A program made the position numbers and the translations under genes. DNA of 64,000 nucleotides from Calcarisporiella thermophila CBS 279.70 (taxonomy: Eukaryota; Fungi; Calcarisporiellomycota): the NCBI RefSeq assembly GCF_041956535.1, contig NW_027192215.1, positions 298,421 to 362,420 of the forward strand, read 5' to 3'. The notes under the pieces are model-generated. The model saw only the letters and a list, made by a program, of their open reading frames with translations. It searched no databases and was not told the origin of the DNA. Every line of letters begins with the position of its first letter. The first letter of the stretch is position 1. Positions 61,370 to 64,000 of the stretch are shown here, in pieces.

Positions 61370-63235
61370 TTATCTATTGAAAAATTCGATAGGATGGCTT
61401 GAAAGTGAACGAGCTATATTCTATCGTTCAGCAAGCCAATTCAAGCTCGTTAGCACAGAGGCGTCATTCATTTTTAAATTTAGAGTTTCGTTTTAATATT
61501 CTATACATACCCCAAGACTACCAACAATTAGATCAAATGAAGGCCGGTCAGTTGATTTAGGAGCCCAGCATTTTCTGATTAGGTCGATATATTGCAGAAA
61601 ATGATAACTTTGTGAGAAACTTGGCTCTATAGGTGGCCGGAGTGAATGATTGACAATATCATGGATTAATTTAGAGCGCGAAATACTATCCGCATCGTAT
61701 GGAATATCTGAGTAGGGTATCCTGAAGGCTAGAATCTCCCACCTGAAGAAACCAATTGTTATCAGTTAAGATATATAAGCACGATTGAACTCAAATTAAA
61801 GGCAAATTTACATTATAATGCTGAAAGCATATATGTCTGTTTCCTTATTCTCTCCCGAATTAATTTTATCATCAATAATCTCGGGAGCCAGGTATGGTAG
61901 CGGAGAGTTTTCAACCAGCATGGAGTTATTGTAAGGGGGTACGATAATTTCACCTATTCGTGTTAGTCCAAAATTTGACACTCGCAATTTCCAAAAATGA
62001 TCAATCTTATTTACAGTCCAAGTTAGCATCTTTCCTAATGATGTATTTAGCAAAGCAAACTTACAGCAATGTTCTGACTGGAGAGGCTTCGATGCACCAC
62101 ATTATTATGGTGAAGATATTGCATCCCGTAAGCGATAGTCATTGCCCAGCCAACTCGTGTGATCCATGGAGTTCTTTTGCTATCAGGGTGCAATATCCAT
62201 TGGGAAAGGCTTAAGTTGATTACTGGAGTAACTATCAAGTAAACATCTTCATTATCAAGAGCCGGTGCTGCCGAGAAAATTGGAAAAAGATATTCCGAAC
62301 GGAGTGATCTATTCAAAACAGCGGCAAAATTAATATAAACGAGATGGCAGTATGAATCCAATGGGTTAGGTTACCGAAGGCTGTTCAGCTCTTGTCGGAG
62401 GAGATCCATGTTAGTTTTCCGTGTATCAACGGGGTATCGCTTTACAATTACATCCCATCCTTTCAGTTTACCATGGAAAGTGTGTGCAAGAGCACCATCA
62501 TTTCTTGATTCCACAGGCTTTATTGTCGTATTCCCCACGGCTATACTGTGATCTTTGGGAACTGGCACCATAGTAGAACCAGTAGGACCATGGCCAAGTG
62601 GGCGTGGACAAGCCTTAAATCCACCTGGCAACATGGAAGGGCCAGTAGGATCAGGGCCAAGCGGTCGTGGAGAACCCACCCCAAATCCACTCCCGGGATA
62701 TGGTAAAGAGTATGGACGGTACTGTGCATCTAATTAGGCAACATCGAAGATTATTAAATTTGTAGTAGCGCTAACCATCCCGTACCAACTCACTTGATAT
62801 CCCTGAGTGTGAGAGTATTTGGTGGATTTGCTCTTGAATGGCTTGAAGTTCTACGAGGCGTTGATTGAGCGATGCTTTTAGAAACTGGAATATTGAGATT
62901 GGAGGAGAAGTGGGGTGAAGGAGTAATTGCATCTCTGAAGTATAGCTTTCATTGCCCTCGGCAGCATATCTGCAAGCTTGATATATATCATGCTCGAATT
63001 TATACAGAATTGACTGGTAATCCAGAGATGTGAAAAAATTGCATCTCTCCCACAAAATGACGTTATAAATGTTGAGGCTAAAATGAAATTCGAGCTCATC
63101 CAATATCAAGCATATCTTGAGAGCGAGATGTTCACACTCTGTTTTGCGATAACGCGTATTGCGCGTTATTTCTTGAAAATAATGATAGAGTGGATAGAAT
63201 TTGGAAAGCGCGAAATTGGAGTGCTGAAATTCCAT
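61370..63235 (-). CDS. MLKL-like N-terminal four-helix bundle + TKL-type pseudokinase (multi-exon; 3' end 61493 or 61370)
   Basis: Kinase subdomains VIVK, GMQYLH, HRSLSSQN, VSNFGL, YLAPE, DIYAF...WE, CW...RPSF. N-terminal YRKTECEHLALKI...SIFQFLKAS resembles the MLKL 4HB and brace. Confidence 0.72.
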
Positions 63236-64000
63236 TATGGAATCTGAGGTTTTGGCTCTCAACTAAAAAGATCTATAACAGCCTAGATTTTCATGGAGCT
63301 CAATAAGGTTTAATACGTCATTTTGAACCGAAAAAACAGTGATGATATGAAATAACACAAAGGATCAGATAGTTGGGCAGAGGACTCAATCCAATACAAA
63401 TATCGCACTAATATAAAAAGTGATCATAACCTTTACCCTTGTAAAGGGTAGAACTAGATAGAACTCCTGAGTTTTGTGAAGTTGTAGTAGATTGAAAACC
63501 GAATTGAATATCACACAATGAAACGTATACATGCATAATTGTGAATTTCAAGATATGCTAGTCAAAATTAACCAAAATGGCAGTCACAGTATGGTACTCA
63601 GATACAGAGAGTATTTTTCACTCTAAGATGAGACGAGAATCCTCGGTCAAGTTCTTTTTAGTTGAAATTTCCATTCAACCAGGAACCTCACCCGATCGGG
63701 CGCAGAGAAATGTCTGATTTGGCGAGGAGGAGGCACGGAAGAAGGGAGGGGGGTTATACGAGTATCCCAAATTAAGCTTCACATTCGGACAATGCTCTTG
63801 CATTGAGGTAACGCCGTCATGCTGGATTGCCGGCTAATCTTCTAATATTTAAAAGAATTTTGTATAAGGCATGTAAAACAAGAGAGGTCCAGGATTAGGA
63901 GGGAGAGGGAGGAAAACAGGGAGCTGGAGGGATGCGGACGGAGTAAACATATCTGAACCTTAATATCGAATATCGGAATATAAATGGGAGATTCCAAGCT

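Overview
Eukaryotic DNA with short GT-AG introns (mostly 55-115 nt) and CTAAC/CTGAC-type branch sites. The gene content points to an early-diverging fungus (Zoopagomycota/Mucoromycota-like; this is inference). The ORF track fragments almost every gene, so I rebuilt exon structures by hand and checked their reading frames. 0.7-2.6 kb holds a POT/PTR2 peptide transporter. About 4.7-38.7 kb is a mostly AT-rich tandem array of about 13 cAMP-receptor-like (CAR/Git3-type) 7TM GPCR loci, including intact, truncated and pseudogene copies. The main discovery is a subfamily in which the 7TM receptor is fused in frame, through a ~120-aa linker carrying a conserved RVxF-like motif, to a complete LaeA/Llm-type class I SAM-dependent methyltransferase. 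Two fusion genes are intact with 7 exons each (24699-27168, 694 aa; 31730-34193, 693 aa). One is pseudogenised (18154-20611). One is broken by an inversion-type rearrangement (about 28.6-31.1 kb). Receptor-only siblings also occur, and seven copies of a conserved TTGTCCTTGAGAAAA upstream motif mark this subfamily. From 39 kb onward are ATG8, EAF6, AP-3 sigma, COX20, a WDR26/GID7-like gene, a PCL-type cyclin, an F-box-less beta-TrCP-like WD40 protein, an NTF2-like protein, a TRP-like channel and an MLKL-like four-helix-bundle plus pseudokinase gene.
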